The notes under the pieces were generated by a model. The model had not been told where the DNA came from. It did not search any database and saw only the letters and a program-made list of their open reading frames with translations. A stretch of DNA of 64,000 nt, from positions 1,984,001-2,048,000 of the forward strand of contig JASTWF010000035.1 of NCBI GenBank assembly GCA_030390025.1, read 5' to 3'. Below are positions 34,843 to 47,167 of the stretch, one piece after another; the stretch's first letter is position 1, and each line of letters starts with the position of its first letter. The position numbers were made by a program, and so were the translations under genes. Source of the stretch: Squalus acanthias (taxonomy: Eukaryota).

Positions 34843-37587
34843 GAAGAAATGGTTAATCAATAATCTTGTGGTAAAGGGGCCTTTAGGGACAAGTGACCAT
34901 AATATGATTGAATTTTACATTGAGTTTGAGAGTGATGTAGACCAATCTGAAACTAAGGTCTTCAATCTGAACAGAGGAAACTTGAAGGGTATGAGGGACA
35001 AGTTGGCCATGGTAGATTGGGAGACTGCACTAAAAGGTATGAAGGTGGACATACAATGGCTAACATTCAAGGAAATAATGCATAATTTGCAACAAACATA
35101 TATTCCTCTAGGGCATAAAAACCCAAAAGGAAAAGTGATCCAACCATGGCTAACAAAAGAAATTAAAGCTAGTTTTCCTTTGAACAGAGGAGGCTGAGGG
35201 GAGACCTTATTGAGGTGTATAAAATTATAAGGGGCCTAGATAAAGTGGATAGAAAGGACCTATTTACCTTAGCAGAGGGTTCAAAAACGAGGGGGCACAG
35301 ATTTAAAGTAATTGGAAGGTTTAGAGGGGATTTGAGGGGAAATGTCTTCACCCAGAGGGTTGTGGGGGTCTGGAACTCCCTGCCTGAAAGGGTGGTAGAG
35401 GCAGGAACCCTAACCACATTTAAAAAGTACTTGGATGTGCACTTGGGATGCTGTAACCTGCAGGGCTACGGACCAAGAGCTGGGAAGTGGGATTAGGCTG
35501 GATAGCTCTTTGTTGGCCGGCGCGGACACGATGGGCCGAAATGGCCTCCTTCCGTGCTGTAACTTTCTATGATTCTATGATTCTAGTATTAAGACAAAGG
35601 AGGAAGCTTATAAAGTTGCCAGAAAAGGCGGTCAGCCTGAGGATTGGGATCTTTTTAGAAATCAGCAAAGGGGGACCAAGAAATTGATAAAGAAAGGGAA
35701 AATGGAATATGAGCACAAACTAGCAAAAAATATAAAAACAGATTGTAAAAGCTTCTATAGGTATGTGAAAAGGAAAAGACTGGCGAAGGTAAATGTCGGT
35801 CCTTTACAGTCAGAGACGGGAGAATTTATAATGAGGAATGAGGAAATGGGGGGGAAATTAAATAAATACTTTGTTTCTGTCTTCACGGAGGAAGACACAA
35901 AAAATCTCACAGAAATATAGAAAACCAAGGGTGTGGCGAGAATGAGGAACTTAAAGAAATTATTATTAGTAAAAAAACAGTACTAGCAAAATTAATGGGA
36001 CTAAAAGTCAATAAATCCCAAGGACTGGATGACCTACATCCTAGGGTTTTGAAAGAGGTGCCATTGGAATAGTGGACACATTGGTTGTCATCTTCCAAAA
36101 TTCTATAGATTCTGGAACGGTTCCTGCAGATTGGAGGATAGCAAATGTAACCCCGCTATTTAAGAAAGGAGGGAGAGAGAAAACGGGGAACTACAGACCT
36201 GTTAGTCTCACATCAGTAGTTGGGAAAATGCTGGAATCTATTATAAAGGATGTAATAACTGGACACTTAGAAACTAATAGTAAGATTGGGCTGAGTCAAC
36301 ATGGATTTATGAAAGGGAAATCCTGTTTGACAAACCTATTGGAGTTCTTTGAGGATGTAACTAGTGGAGTAGACAAAGGGGAACCGGTAGATGTGGTGTA
36401 TTTGGATTTTCAGACGGCCTTCGATAAGGTCCCACACAAGAGGTTGGTGAACAAAATTAGGGCACATGGAATTGGGGGTAATATACTCGCATGGATTGAG
36501 AATTGGTTAACAGACAGAAAACAAAGAGTAGGGATAAACGGGTCTTTTTCAGGATGGCAGGCTGTGACTAGTGGGGTACTGCAAGGATCGGTGCTTGGGC
36601 CCCAGCTATTCACAATCTACATCAATGATTTGGATGAGGGGACTAAATGTAACATTTCCAAATTTGCTGATGACACAAAGCTAGGTGGCAGTGTCAGTTG
36701 CGAAGAGGATGTGAAGAGGCTTTAAGGGGATCTCGAAAGGCTCAGTGAGTGGGCGAGAACATGGCAGATGGAATATAATGTGGATAAATGTGAAGTTATC
36801 CACTAGGTAGAAAAAACAGAAAGGCAGAGTATTTCCTAAATGGTGAAAGATTGGGGAATGCAGATGCTCAAAGGGACCTGGGTGTCCTTGTACATGAGTC
36901 ACTGAAAGTGAATGCGCAGGTGCAGCAAGCCATTAGGAAGGCAAATGGAATGCTGGCTTTCATTACAAGAGAATTTGAGTGCAGGAGTAAAGAAGTCTTA
37001 CTCCAATTATATATGGCCTTGGTGAGACCACACCTGGAGTACTGTGCACAATTTTGGTGTCCTTACCTAAGAAGGATACACTTGCCATAGAGGGAGTGCA
37101 ACGAAGGTTCACGGGATTGATTCCTGGGATGGTGGGACTGTCGTATGAGAAGAGATTGAGTAAACTAGGTCTGTATTCTCTTGAATTCAGAAGAATGAGA
37201 GGGGATCTCATTGAAGCATACAAAATTATTACAGGGCTTGATAGGGTGGATGCTGGGAGAGTGTTTCCCTTGGCTGGGGAGTCTAGAACCAGGGGCCACA
37301 GCCTCAGGATAAAGGGTAGGCCATTCAGGACTGAGATGAGAAGAAATTTCTTCTCTCTGAGGGTCGTGAATCTTTGGAATTCTCTTCCCCAGAGAGCTGT
37401 GGAGGCTGAGTCATTGAATATATTTAAGGTGGAGATAGACAGATTTTTGAATGTTAAGGGAGTCAAGGGTTATGGGGAGTGGGCAGGGAAGTGGAGTTGA
37501 AGCCAAGATCAGATCAGCCATGATCTTATTGAATGGCGGAGCAGGCGCAAGGGGCCAAATGACCTACTCCTGCTCCTACGTCTTATG
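34843..37587 (+). mobile_element. 5'-truncated CR1 LINE 'F' (ORF2 from the end of the endonuclease to the tail)
   Basis: ORFs 34841-35197, 35684-35920, 36072-36725, 36851-37090, 37054-37500; 3' UTR to ~37587. Confidence 0.88.
35174..35587 (+). mobile_element. Short CR1 3' fragment inserted in CR1-F
   Basis: ORF 35215-35496; (TTCTATGA)n tail; CTAGT duplicated at 35169-35173 and 35583-35587. Confidence 0.9.
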
Positions 37588-39513
37588 AATGGAATGGAGG
37601 TTAACATAAAAGGGAACCCAAAAATCTTCTACCAGCATATGAACAGTAAGCGGGTAGTAAGAGGGAGGGTGGGGCCTCTTAGGGACAAAGAAGGTGATAC
37701 ATGCTTAGAGGCGCAGGGCAAGGCTAGAATACTCAATGAGTACTTTGTATCGGTGTTTACTAAGGAGGTGGATGCTGACAAAATATCGGTAGAAGTGGAA
37801 ACGGTAGAATCAATGGAAGGGGTAGAAATTGATAGGCAGGATGTACTAGAAAGACTGGGTATGCTTAGAATGGATAAGTCGCCTGGTCCAGATGGCTTGC
37901 ATCCCAGGTTGCTAAGGGAATTGGGGGAGGAGATAGCGGAAGGGCTTGCCATAATTTTTCAATCTTCCCTAAATGTGGTGGAGGTGCCTGAGTATTGGAA
38001 AGTGGCAAATGTAACACCACTGTTCAAGAAAGGGTGTAAGGACAATCCTAGTAACTACAGGCCGGTCAGTTTAACATCAGTGGTGGGTAAAGTTTTAGAA
38101 ACAATAATCAAGAAAAAAATTAACGGGCACTTTGAGTGGTTTAAGCTAATTAAGGAGAGCCAACACAGATTTGTAAAAGGTAGATCATGTTTGACTAATC
38201 TAATTGAATTTTTTGATGGGAGGATCGATGAAGGGAATGCAATAGATGTTGTCTACATGGATTTTCGGAAGGCATTTAATAAAGTACCACATAGAAGGCT
38301 GGTTAACAAAATTGAGGCTCATGGAATAGGTGGGTCAGTGGCAGCTTGGATAAAAATGAGAAGTCGCACAACACCAGGTTATAGTCCAACAGATTTATTT
38401 AATTTTACAGCTTGGTTAAGGAATTGATTTAAGGACAGAAAACAGCGAGTTGAGGTAAATGTTTTTCAGACTGGAGGATGGTAGACAGTGGTGTTCCCAA
38501 GGGTCAGTGCTGGGGCCACTGCTTTTTTTCATATGTATATATATATATATATGACCTGGATATTGGAATACAGAGTAGAATTTCTAAATTTGCCGATGAC
38601 ACCAAACTTGGGAGGGTGGAAAACAGTGAGGATGATACCAATCGACTGCAACAGGACATAGAAAGGCTAGCAGAATGGGCAGACAAGTGGCAGATGGAAT
38701 TTAATACAGAGAAGTGTGAGGTGATGCATTTTGGCAGAAGGAACAGGGAGAGGCAATACACACTTAATGGCACAGTTTTAAAGAGTGTGCAGGGACAGAG
38801 GGACCTGGGAGTTAATGTGCATAGGTCCCTGAAGGTGGCAGGACATATTGAGAGGGTGGTTAGCAAAGCATATGGGATCTTGGGCTTCATAAATAGAGGT
38901 ATTGAGTACAAAAGTAGAGAAGTTCTGCTGAACCTTTATAAAGCGCTGGTTAGGCCACAACTGGAGTATTGCGTCCAATTCTGGTCACCACACTTTAGGA
39001 AGGATGTGAAGGCCCTTGAGAGGGTGCAGAGCAGATTTACCAGAATGGTTTCGGGGATGGGAGATCTTAGCTACAAGGACAGGTTGGAGAAGCTAGATTT
39101 GTTTTCATTAGAGCAAAGGAGGTTGAGGGGTGATTTGATAGAGGTGTACAAGATTATGACGGGTTTGGATAGGCTAGACGGGGAAAGGCTGTTCCCACTA
39201 GTTGATGGTACAAGGACTAGGGGACACAGATTTAAGGTTTTGGGCAAGAGATACAGGGGGGACGTGAGGGAAAAGTTCTTTATGCAGCGAGTGGTGATGA
39301 CCTGGAACTCGCTGCCTGACGGAAGTGGTGGAGGCGGAGACACTCAATGTTTTCAAGGGGAGACTGGATAGGCACTTGAGGGAAATAAACTTGCAGGGCT
39401 ACAGGGATAGAGCGGGGGAATGGGACTGACTGGATTGCTCTACAGAGAGCCGGCACGGACTCAATGGGCCGAATGGCCTCCTTCTGTGCCGTTATCACTC
39501 TATGACTCTATGA
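37584..39513 (+). mobile_element. CR1-A part 4 (RT, 3' UTR, (CTCTATGA)n tail)
   Basis: ORFs 37585-38427 and 38478-39371 continue from AKRE at 27567; same family as 57211-60098. Confidence 0.9.
38354..38407 (-). mobile_element. Tiny Penelope-like pLTR fragment
   Basis: GTCGCACAACACCAGGTTATAGTCCAACAG is identical to part of the 33810 arm; flanked by CAGCTTGGWTAA duplication (38342-38353, 38408-38419). Confidence 0.8.
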
Positions 39514-40568
39514 AAACAGGGAGTAGGAATAAACGGAATTTTTTTGAGTTGGCAGGCTGTAACTAGCGGGGTACCGCAAGGATCAGTGCTTGGGCTTCAG
39601 CTATTTACAATCTATATTAATGACTTAGATGAAGGGGCTGAGTGTAATATATCCAAGTTTGCTGATGGTTCAAAGTTAGGTGGGAATGTAAGTTGTGAGG
39701 AGTATGCAAGGAGGCTTCAAGGGGATATAGGCAGGCTAAGTGAGTGGGCAAGAACATGGCAAATGGAATATAATGTGGAGAAATGTGAAGTTATCCACTT
39801 TAGTAGGAAAAACAGAAAAGCAGAGTATTTTTTAAATGGTGAGAGATTGGGAAATGTTGGTGTTCAGAGGGACCTGGGTGTCCTTGTACATGATTCACTG
39901 AAAGTTAACATGCAGGTAAAGCAAGCAATTAGGAAAGCAAATGGTATGTTGGCCTTTATTACAAGAGGATGTGAGTATAAGATTAAAGACGTCTTACTGC
40001 AATTATATAGGGCCCTGATTAGACCACACCTGGAGTATTGTGTACAGTTTTGGTCTCCTTACCTAAGGAAGGATATACTTGACATAGAGGGAGTGCAGCG
40101 AAGGTTCACCAGACTGGTTCTTGTGATGGGGGGATTGTCCTATGAGGAGAGATTGAGTAGGCTAGGTCTATATTCTCGAGAGTTTAGAAGAATGAGAGGT
40201 GATCTCATTGAAACATGCAAAATTCTTTCAGAGCTTGACAGGGTAGATGCAGGGAGGATGTTTCCTCTGGCTGGGGAGTCTAGAACCAGGGGTCACAGTC
40301 TCAGAATAAGGGGTCCTCCATTTAGGACTGAGATGAGGAGAAATTTCTTCAACAGAGGGTGGTGAATCTTTGGAATTCTCTGCCCCAGAGGGCTGTGCAG
40401 GCTCAGTCGTTGAGTATATTCAAGACAGAGATCGATAGATTTTTGAATATTAAGGGAATCAAGGGATATGGAGATTGTGCAGGAAAGTAGAGATGAGGTG
40501 AAAGGTGAATGGCGGAGCAGGCTCAAAAGGCCAAATGGCCTACTCCTGCTCCTATTTCTTATGTTCTT
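39514..40568 (+). mobile_element. 5'-truncated CR1 LINE
   Basis: ORF 39544-40365 (GVPQGS, FADG, LEYCVQFW); tail TTCTTATGTTCTT. Confidence 0.92.
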
Positions 40569-40899
40569 AACTTGCCAAGGCTTCTTTGTCAGCACCTCCC
40601 AAACCCGTGACCTTTACCGCCTAGAGGGACAATGGCAGCAGGTGCATGGGAACACCATCACCTGCAAGTTCCCCTCCAAGTCACACATCATCCTGACTTG
40701 GAAATATATCACAGCTTCATCGTCGCTGGGTCAAAATCCTGGAACTCTCTCCCTAACAGCACTGAGGGAGTACCTTCACCACACGGACTGCAGCGGTTCA
40801 AGAAGGTGGTTCACCACCACCTTCTCAAGGGCAATTAGGGATGGGCAATAAATGCCGGCCTTGCCAGCGACGCCCACATCCCATGAACAAATAAAAAAA
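40569..40899 (+). mobile_element. 3' end of the second CR1-group lineage ('Z')
   Basis: KSWNSLPNS...FKKVVHHHLLKGN and an A-rich tail; homologous to 50650-50937. Confidence 0.85.
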
Positions 40900-42565
40900 G
40901 AGGATTACAGGATTTGATAGGGTAGATAGGATCTGGTGGGGGAGTCCAGAACAAGGGGCATAACCTTAAAATTAGAGCCAGGCCGTTCAGGGGTGATGTC
41001 AGGAAGCACTTCTTCACACAAAGGGTGGTGGAAATCTGGAACTCTCGCCCCTAAAGAGAGGGCTGGGGCTTGATTGAAAATTTCAAAACTGAGATTGATA
41101 GATATTTGGGGGGCAATTTTCTGCTGTCAGAGGAGGTGGGTTTAGAGATGGGAAAGGCGGGAAAATCAGATTCAATGAGGTCGGGTTTGGAACCCACCTC
41201 CCACCCGCCTCCGTGGGATTTTGCCGGTGCCGGTTTTGGAGGTTGGGAAACGGTCCCGCCTCCAGCTGGCCACAGCGATACTTGTGATGATTAAATGCTC
41301 ATTAAGGGCCTCTCTAAGCCTATTTTGAGAGGCCCTCATGATTTTTCCAGCTTTTCGCCATGCTCCACGCACCTCCTGAACCACGCCAGGTAAACCTGGC
41401 GGGTTGACTCATGGGTGGCCTCCTCACAGCTGCAGGTCTAACAAGACATCGTTTATTGCAGCAAGGATTACTTGCAGGTGCCAGACCTTGGCTTTAAAAG
41501 GTCTCTGAGCACTTTTAGCAGGCCTTCCAAAGTCAGAGGTGCTGTAGCTTGACTCCATCAACTGTGGAATCTCCTTGGAAGACCCTCTCCCCGCTTGCAA
41601 TGAGCGCTTCCCCAAAGGAGGCATCTACAAGCAGCATGGGAACCATTAGTTTCCTTTCTGCATGGACCTCAGATGAGGATGAGGAGGAGGAGGAGGAGCA
41701 GGAGGAGGTCAGAGCACCGGTGTATCGACCAGCGGCAGCGGCAGCACGCGAGCACATGGCTGCCCGGGATGCAAGGGATGAACTTATCATGGCCAGATTT
41801 GCATAGGTTGCCCATGTTGGCACATGTCCTTGGCTCCATCCTAGGACATCACTGACAATGGACATGACTCTCTGGCCTCCTTTCACTCAGGCCACCAACC
41901 TGACAACGCAAGTGTGGTGGAGCCCACAATGTGGAGCTGCCTCAGGCGAAAGAACAGATGGCATAACGCCAACATTTTGGCTTTAAATCATTTTAACAGG
42001 GATGGCATTTCATCAACACACATAAACATTCTCCCAATCTGCACACAGATCTGGAGGTTATATCCCTTGCCAGCTGTACCCACACAGCCTTGGTTTCTTT
42101 GGCCTCTTCCTCCGAGATGAGTGGAGGAGCACCTCCCTGCCAGCGCTCACCCCCTCAAACAACATTTGCAGCGCCTCATCCGAGAGCCTCGGGTAGGCCC
42201 TTGCCTTGGAATTGGACATCGTGGTTTCTCAAAAGATGTTGGAGGTGGTGCAGGAGATGCAGAAATGCTGTGGAATGAGCCAAGGGAGCAAGAAGCCATA
42301 AAATCAGACTGGAAAAGTGCTGTCAACAGAGGCGGGTTTCAGTCCCAAAACACTAATTGAGCAAGGGCATCCCATACCTCTGAAATCAAGTGGACAATCA
42401 GGGGAAAATCGCAAATTTTTGAAACCTATCAGTGGAGGCGAGTTTCAAACCCACCCAAACTGAAACCCGCCTCCATCTCGCCTCCAGTGGGAAAATCGCC
42501 CTCTTGTCTGCCAAGGGTATTAATGGTTCAGAACCAAGGTATGTAGATGGAGTTAATATATAGAC
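40900..42565 (+). mobile_element. Old CR1 3' fragment, split by the Harbinger element
   Basis: SRTRG.., HFFTQRVVEIWNS, FKTEIDRYL; resumes at TCTGCCAAGGGTATT after 42506. Confidence 0.75.
41109..42503. mobile_element. Internally deleted PIF/Harbinger DNA transposon with remnants of both genes
   Basis: TIRs GGGGGCAATTTTC / GAAAATCGCCCTC; 3-bp TSD TTG; + mini-ORF 41636-41806 ending ARDARDELIMARFA; minus-strand Myb/SANT-like remnant starting at 42219. Confidence 0.85.
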
Positions 42566-43120
42566 CACCTAGGCTGCACTCTTCTCTTTTTTTAAATAAT
42601 GATTATCCCCTTAAACTTCAGGTAAATATTCCCTTCTCGAGTGTTTGAAGCAGTTACTCATATCAATTTATCTTATAAGAATTTCAATTGCAGAAACAAA
42701 TGATGCCCAGGCTTGGTGGTTTTACATTAGAGCCAGAAGTGCTTTCAATTACTATTGGAGGTAAGACCTGTATCTCCACATTCCGCCACCACACTCCCCA
42801 CCCACCCACCATGCACCCCTCCCCTGCCCACCACTCCCCCACAACACCACCGAGTATTCTGTCTGTGCAGATAACAAACGTTAAGGCCAAGCCATTGAAA
42901 GGCAAAGCCTTAGTCCAGGTCGTCACCACGCTGTGACATTTGATGTCTGCAGATAAGTATTGAATAAGTCTCCAAGAAAGGGCACCAAACTGTTTGGTAT
43001 GTTGTCGGTTCCAGGCGGAGATCAAACACCACGCATTCTGATTGGCATATGTCCCATGTATGTTTCAGCCACATGTATGTTGTGGAAGAGCTGCTCTTGA
43101 AGGAGGGGTAAATTCAAAAC

Positions 43121-43866
43121 TGTAAGCCTTTCTCTTACTACTGTTCGGACCTCGAGAATTATGAATAAGCGTAACAATGACAGACAAGTATGTGATCAAT
43201 AAAATTGGTCTTTATTCACACTACATTTCAAAATTCAAGTGTACAATCGCAATCAACATGCACCCAATTTACAAGTACATAAAAGTATTTCCCAGCAATT
43301 TACACGCTACCTCTGGGCGATTTATATCCCAAGTCAACTGTACATAAAAGTACTCTTTTAACAATACCTAAGCTCCAGGTCTGACTTTCATACATACTCC
43401 TTTATCTCTGGGTGATAGGTCCAGGGAGAGTTGTAAGTCGAAACATAGACTGGCCAGCTTTCTCTGTTTGTCTGTTTTTCCGTTCTGTCTTCTTGTTTCT
43501 TCTGTGTTCTGAATTTCCCGTCCCTGGGTCACTCTTTATAGCGCCTTTCTGCTGGCCTCCTTCGTATATCACTGTCTGCCATCCCTGATAGGTCAGTTTC
43601 ACTCCAAACCTTCCCTGATTGGAGTTCCTTCCGCATGACACGTTCATGTTCCTGTGAGGTGTGTGGGGGCGGGACTTCCTCATCACTCATGTTTCTCCTT
43701 CCTGTCCAAGTGGCCTTTCAAACAAAGGACCATGCTGACCACCAGGCAAAGGACACCCTGCTGACTTCCTACATTTTGAATCTGTCTGTAACCATCTCAC
43801 GATTCGTTCTGAACGTCCATCTCCACATGGTAGCAGCGGTTTTATTACAATTTTTAGAATCTTACA
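43121..43866 (-). mobile_element. Solo LTR, 746 bp
   Basis: TGTAAG...CTTACA termini; 4-bp TSD AAAC; on the minus strand CCAAT (~43620), TATAAA (~43538) and AATAAA (~43213) in LTR order. Confidence 0.85.
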
Positions 43867-43887
43867 AAACTAAGCAGCGGAAACATT

Positions 43888-44315
43888 GGCCTCGATTGTA
43901 ACCCCCGCCGACAGGCAGGAAATGGTCAGCCGAGGAGTTAGAATCTCAGAAATCGAGAGCCAGCCTTCAAGCCGTCGCGTTCCCGGCCACTGTAATATTT
44001 ATGGCGACCATTCAGACCCTGGACAAAGCTCCTGCTAAAAGCAGGCAGGGGCCTACTTAAGATTCAAAAGTCGCAGCCCAAAGAGACCGAGGTAAGTTTA
44101 AAAATGTTGCCTGCCTTGTGGGCCAGAAGGAGCGGGAGTGCTCCCCCAGGCCCCTCAAGGAGTCCTTGGGCCTCCCTAGTCCCAGCATTCCCCGATCTTC
44201 GGGGTAACCCCAGCACCGGCATCCCCACAATCTCTCTGCAAGAGGAAACCCGGGCCTGCCCCTCCCACTGCGATTCCAGGGAAACCCCTCCATCCACTAA
44301 CTACCAGGGACAGTC
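43888..44315. mobile_element. Possible truncated Harbinger-type MITE
   Basis: Starts GGCCTCGATT; GC-rich body with AGGTAAGT like the other MITEs; no right TIR found. Confidence 0.4.
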
Positions 44316-44319
44316 CCTA

Positions 44320-44959
44320 GAATCATAGAAACTTATAGCACAGAAGGAGGCCATTCAGCCCATCATATTAGAAACATAGAAAAATAGGAGCAGGAGTCGG
44401 CCATTTGGCTCTTTGAGCCTGCTCCACCATTCAATATAATCATGGCTGATCCTCTATCTCAATACCATATTCCCGCTCTCTCCCCATACCCCTTGATGCC
44501 TTTTGTGTCCAGAAATCTATCTATCTATATTGAGTAGAATGGGCCTATACTCTCTGGAGTTTAGAAGAATGAGAGGTGATCTCATTGAAACATACAAGAT
44601 TCTGAGGGGATTGACAGGGTAGAAGCTGAGATGTTTCCCCTGGCTGGAGTGTCTAGAGCCAGGGGGCATAGTCTCAGGATAAGGGGTCGGCCATTTAAGA
44701 CTGAGATGAGGAGAATTTCTTCACTCAGAGGGTTGTGAATCTTTGGAATTCTCTGTCCCAGAGGGCTGTGGATGCTGAGTCTTTGAGTATATTCAAGGCT
44801 GAGATCGATAGATTTTTGGACTCAAGGGGAATCAAGGGATATGGAGATCGGGCGGGAAAGTGGAGTTGAGGTCGATGATCAGCCATGATCTATTGAATGA
44901 CGGAGCAGGCACGAAGGCCCAAATGGCCGACTCCTGCTCCTAATTCTTATGTTCTTATG
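44320..44959. mobile_element. Cluster of three CR1 3' fragments (minus ~44320-44365, minus ~44368-44527, plus ~44530-44959)
   Basis: CR1 3' UTR stem-loop motifs and tails in both orientations. Confidence 0.85.
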
Positions 44960-44999
44960 ACCATCCGTCGTCGATCTATGCTTCGGACATGGACATGAC

Positions 45000-46497
45000 T
45001 CGGGAACAGTGCCCATGGATTGGAGGGTAGCTAACGTTACCCCACTATTCAAAAAGGGGGGGTAGGGAAAAAGCAGGTAATTACAGACCTGTAAGCCTTA
45101 CATCAGTTGTGGGCAAAATGCTGGAGTCCATCATTAAGGATGAAATAGCGGAGCACTTAGCAAATGGGGACAGGATAGGACAGAGTCAACATGGATTTAC
45201 AAAGGGTAAATCGTGCTTGACTAATCTATTGGAATTTTTTGAGAGAGTAACTGGTAAAATAGATGGGGGAGAGCCAGTAGATGTGGTGTACCTGGACTTC
45301 CAAAAGGCCTTCGACAAGGTCCCACATAAAAGATTAGCATGGAAAATTGAAGCTCATGGGATAAAGGGGAAAGTATTGACGTGGATAGAGAACTGGCTGT
45401 CAGATAGAAAACAGAGAGTTGGAATAAACGGCTCATTTTCTGAATGGCAGGCAGTAACAAGTGGGGTACCGCAGGGATCTGTCCTGGGTCCCCAGCTGTT
45501 CACAATTTACATTAATGACCTGGATCAGGGAGTCGGATGCAGCATTTCCAAATTTGCAGACGACACTAAACTAGGAGGGGGGGTGGGCTCAGAGGAGGAG
45601 ACCAGGAAGCTCCAGAGCGATTTGGACAGACTGGGTGATTGGGCGGATAAATGGCAGATGCACTATAATGTGGACAAGTGCGAAGTTATCCACCTTGGGT
45701 GCAGGAACGGGAGGGCAAATTATTATTTAAATGGCAATAAATTGGGAGAGGGGGAAGTACAGAGAGACCTGGGTGTTCTTGTACACCAGTCACTGAAGGC
45801 GAGCATGCAGGTGCAACAGGCGGTCAAGAAGGCAAACGGTATGCTGGCCTTCATAGCAAAAGGGTTGGAATACAGGAACAGGGATACCTTGCTGCAGCTG
45901 TACAGGGCACTGGTGAGACCACACCTCGAGTACTGTGTACAGTTTTGGTCGCCTCATCTGAGGAAAGATGTTCTTGCCATGGAGGGGGTGCAGCGGCGAT
46001 TCACCAGGCTGATACCAGGAATGGCGGGATTGACCTATGAGGAGAGACTATGTAGTTTAGGGATGTACACACTGGAGTTTAGAAGATTGAGAGGGGACCT
46101 CATAGAAGTGTATAAAATTCTGACAGGTCTAGACAGACTAGATGCAGAAGGAATGTTTCCCTTGGCGGGTGAGAACAGAACTAGAGGACATAATTTAAGG
46201 ATAAGGGCTAAACCATTTAGGACAGAAATGAGGGGGAATTTCTTCACTCAGAGGGTGGTGAACCTGTGGAACTCATTGCCACAGAGGGCAGTGTACGCCA
46301 GCTCATTAAATATATTTAAGAGGGAATTAGATATATTTCTACAGGCAAAAGGGGTTAAGGGTTACGGAGAGAAGGCGGGGACGGGATACTGAATTGGAGG
46401 ATCAGCCATGATCTCATTAAATGGCGGAGCAGGCTCGAAGGGCCGGATGGCCTACTCCTGCTCCTATCTTCTATGTATCTATGTATCTATGTATGAC
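45000..46497 (+). mobile_element. Young 5'-truncated CR1, near-identical to 15787-17278
   Basis: ORF 45109-46392 (427 aa); ATGAC duplicated at 44995-44999 and 46493-46497. Confidence 0.95.
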
Positions 46498-46803
46498 AAA
46501 GGCACACCCAGCTCATTCGATCCTGCAAAGTCCTCTTCACTAACATCTGGGGACTTGTGCAAAAATTGGGAGAGCTGTCCCACAGACTAGTTAAGCAACA
46601 GCCTGACATAGTCATACTCACAGAATCATACCTTTCAGCTAACGTCCCAAACTCCTCCATCACCATCCCTGGGTATGTCCTGTCCAACCGGCAGGACAGA
46701 CCCACCAGAGGTGGCGGCACAATGGTATACAGTCGGGAGGGAGTGGTCCTGGGAGTCCTCAACATTGACTCCAGACCCCACGAAGTTTCAAGTCAAACAT
46801 AGG

Positions 46804-47167
46804 TGTAAGATCTCATAGTTTCTGCGGACCAAGTGATACACCAAGTCGACGCTTACAAATAAGATTCTGAGTCCGGTGGTAGCTTCAGGTGAACTTTATT
46901 ACAGTACGTCAGTCATGGTAGCAGTCATCAAAGAACTAACAAAGGTTCAGTTTCAAATACAATGTTTTCTATACAGTTCACATATCATTGGTTTAGCGAC
47001 ATCGGGTGATCTGAGTTGTCATGCTGTGATTGGTCCCCTGGTGCAGCATTCCTTAGCTTAATCGTCCTGGTGCAGCATTCCTCAGCTTAATCGTCCTGGT
47101 GCAGCATTCCTCAGCTTAATCGTTACCCATTTCTATCAGTCCTAGTTTAGCTAATAATTCTCTATCA
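46804..47167 (-). mobile_element. Solo LTR, 364 bp, with three internal 29-bp tandem repeats
   Basis: TG...CA termini; 5-bp TSD ATAGG (46799-46803, 47168-47172); minus-strand AATAAA ~46895; repeat CCTGGTGCAGCATTCCTCAGCTTAATCGT at ~47036-47123. Confidence 0.82.

Larger units (their letters stand above)
27561..34848 (+). mobile_element. CR1 LINE 'D': 5' UTR, ORF1 (27953-30193) and ORF2; multiply interrupted, 3' end lost
   Basis: ORF1 CYCC..CRKC, VGDSIVRG, VHVGTND, DRLHL; ORF2 pieces 30259-31049 and 32817-34848. Confidence 0.85.

Noticed and set aside
44368..44959. Twin-priming inversion of a single CR1
   Set aside because: Both halves have their own 3' tails with different repeat units, so they are separate insertions
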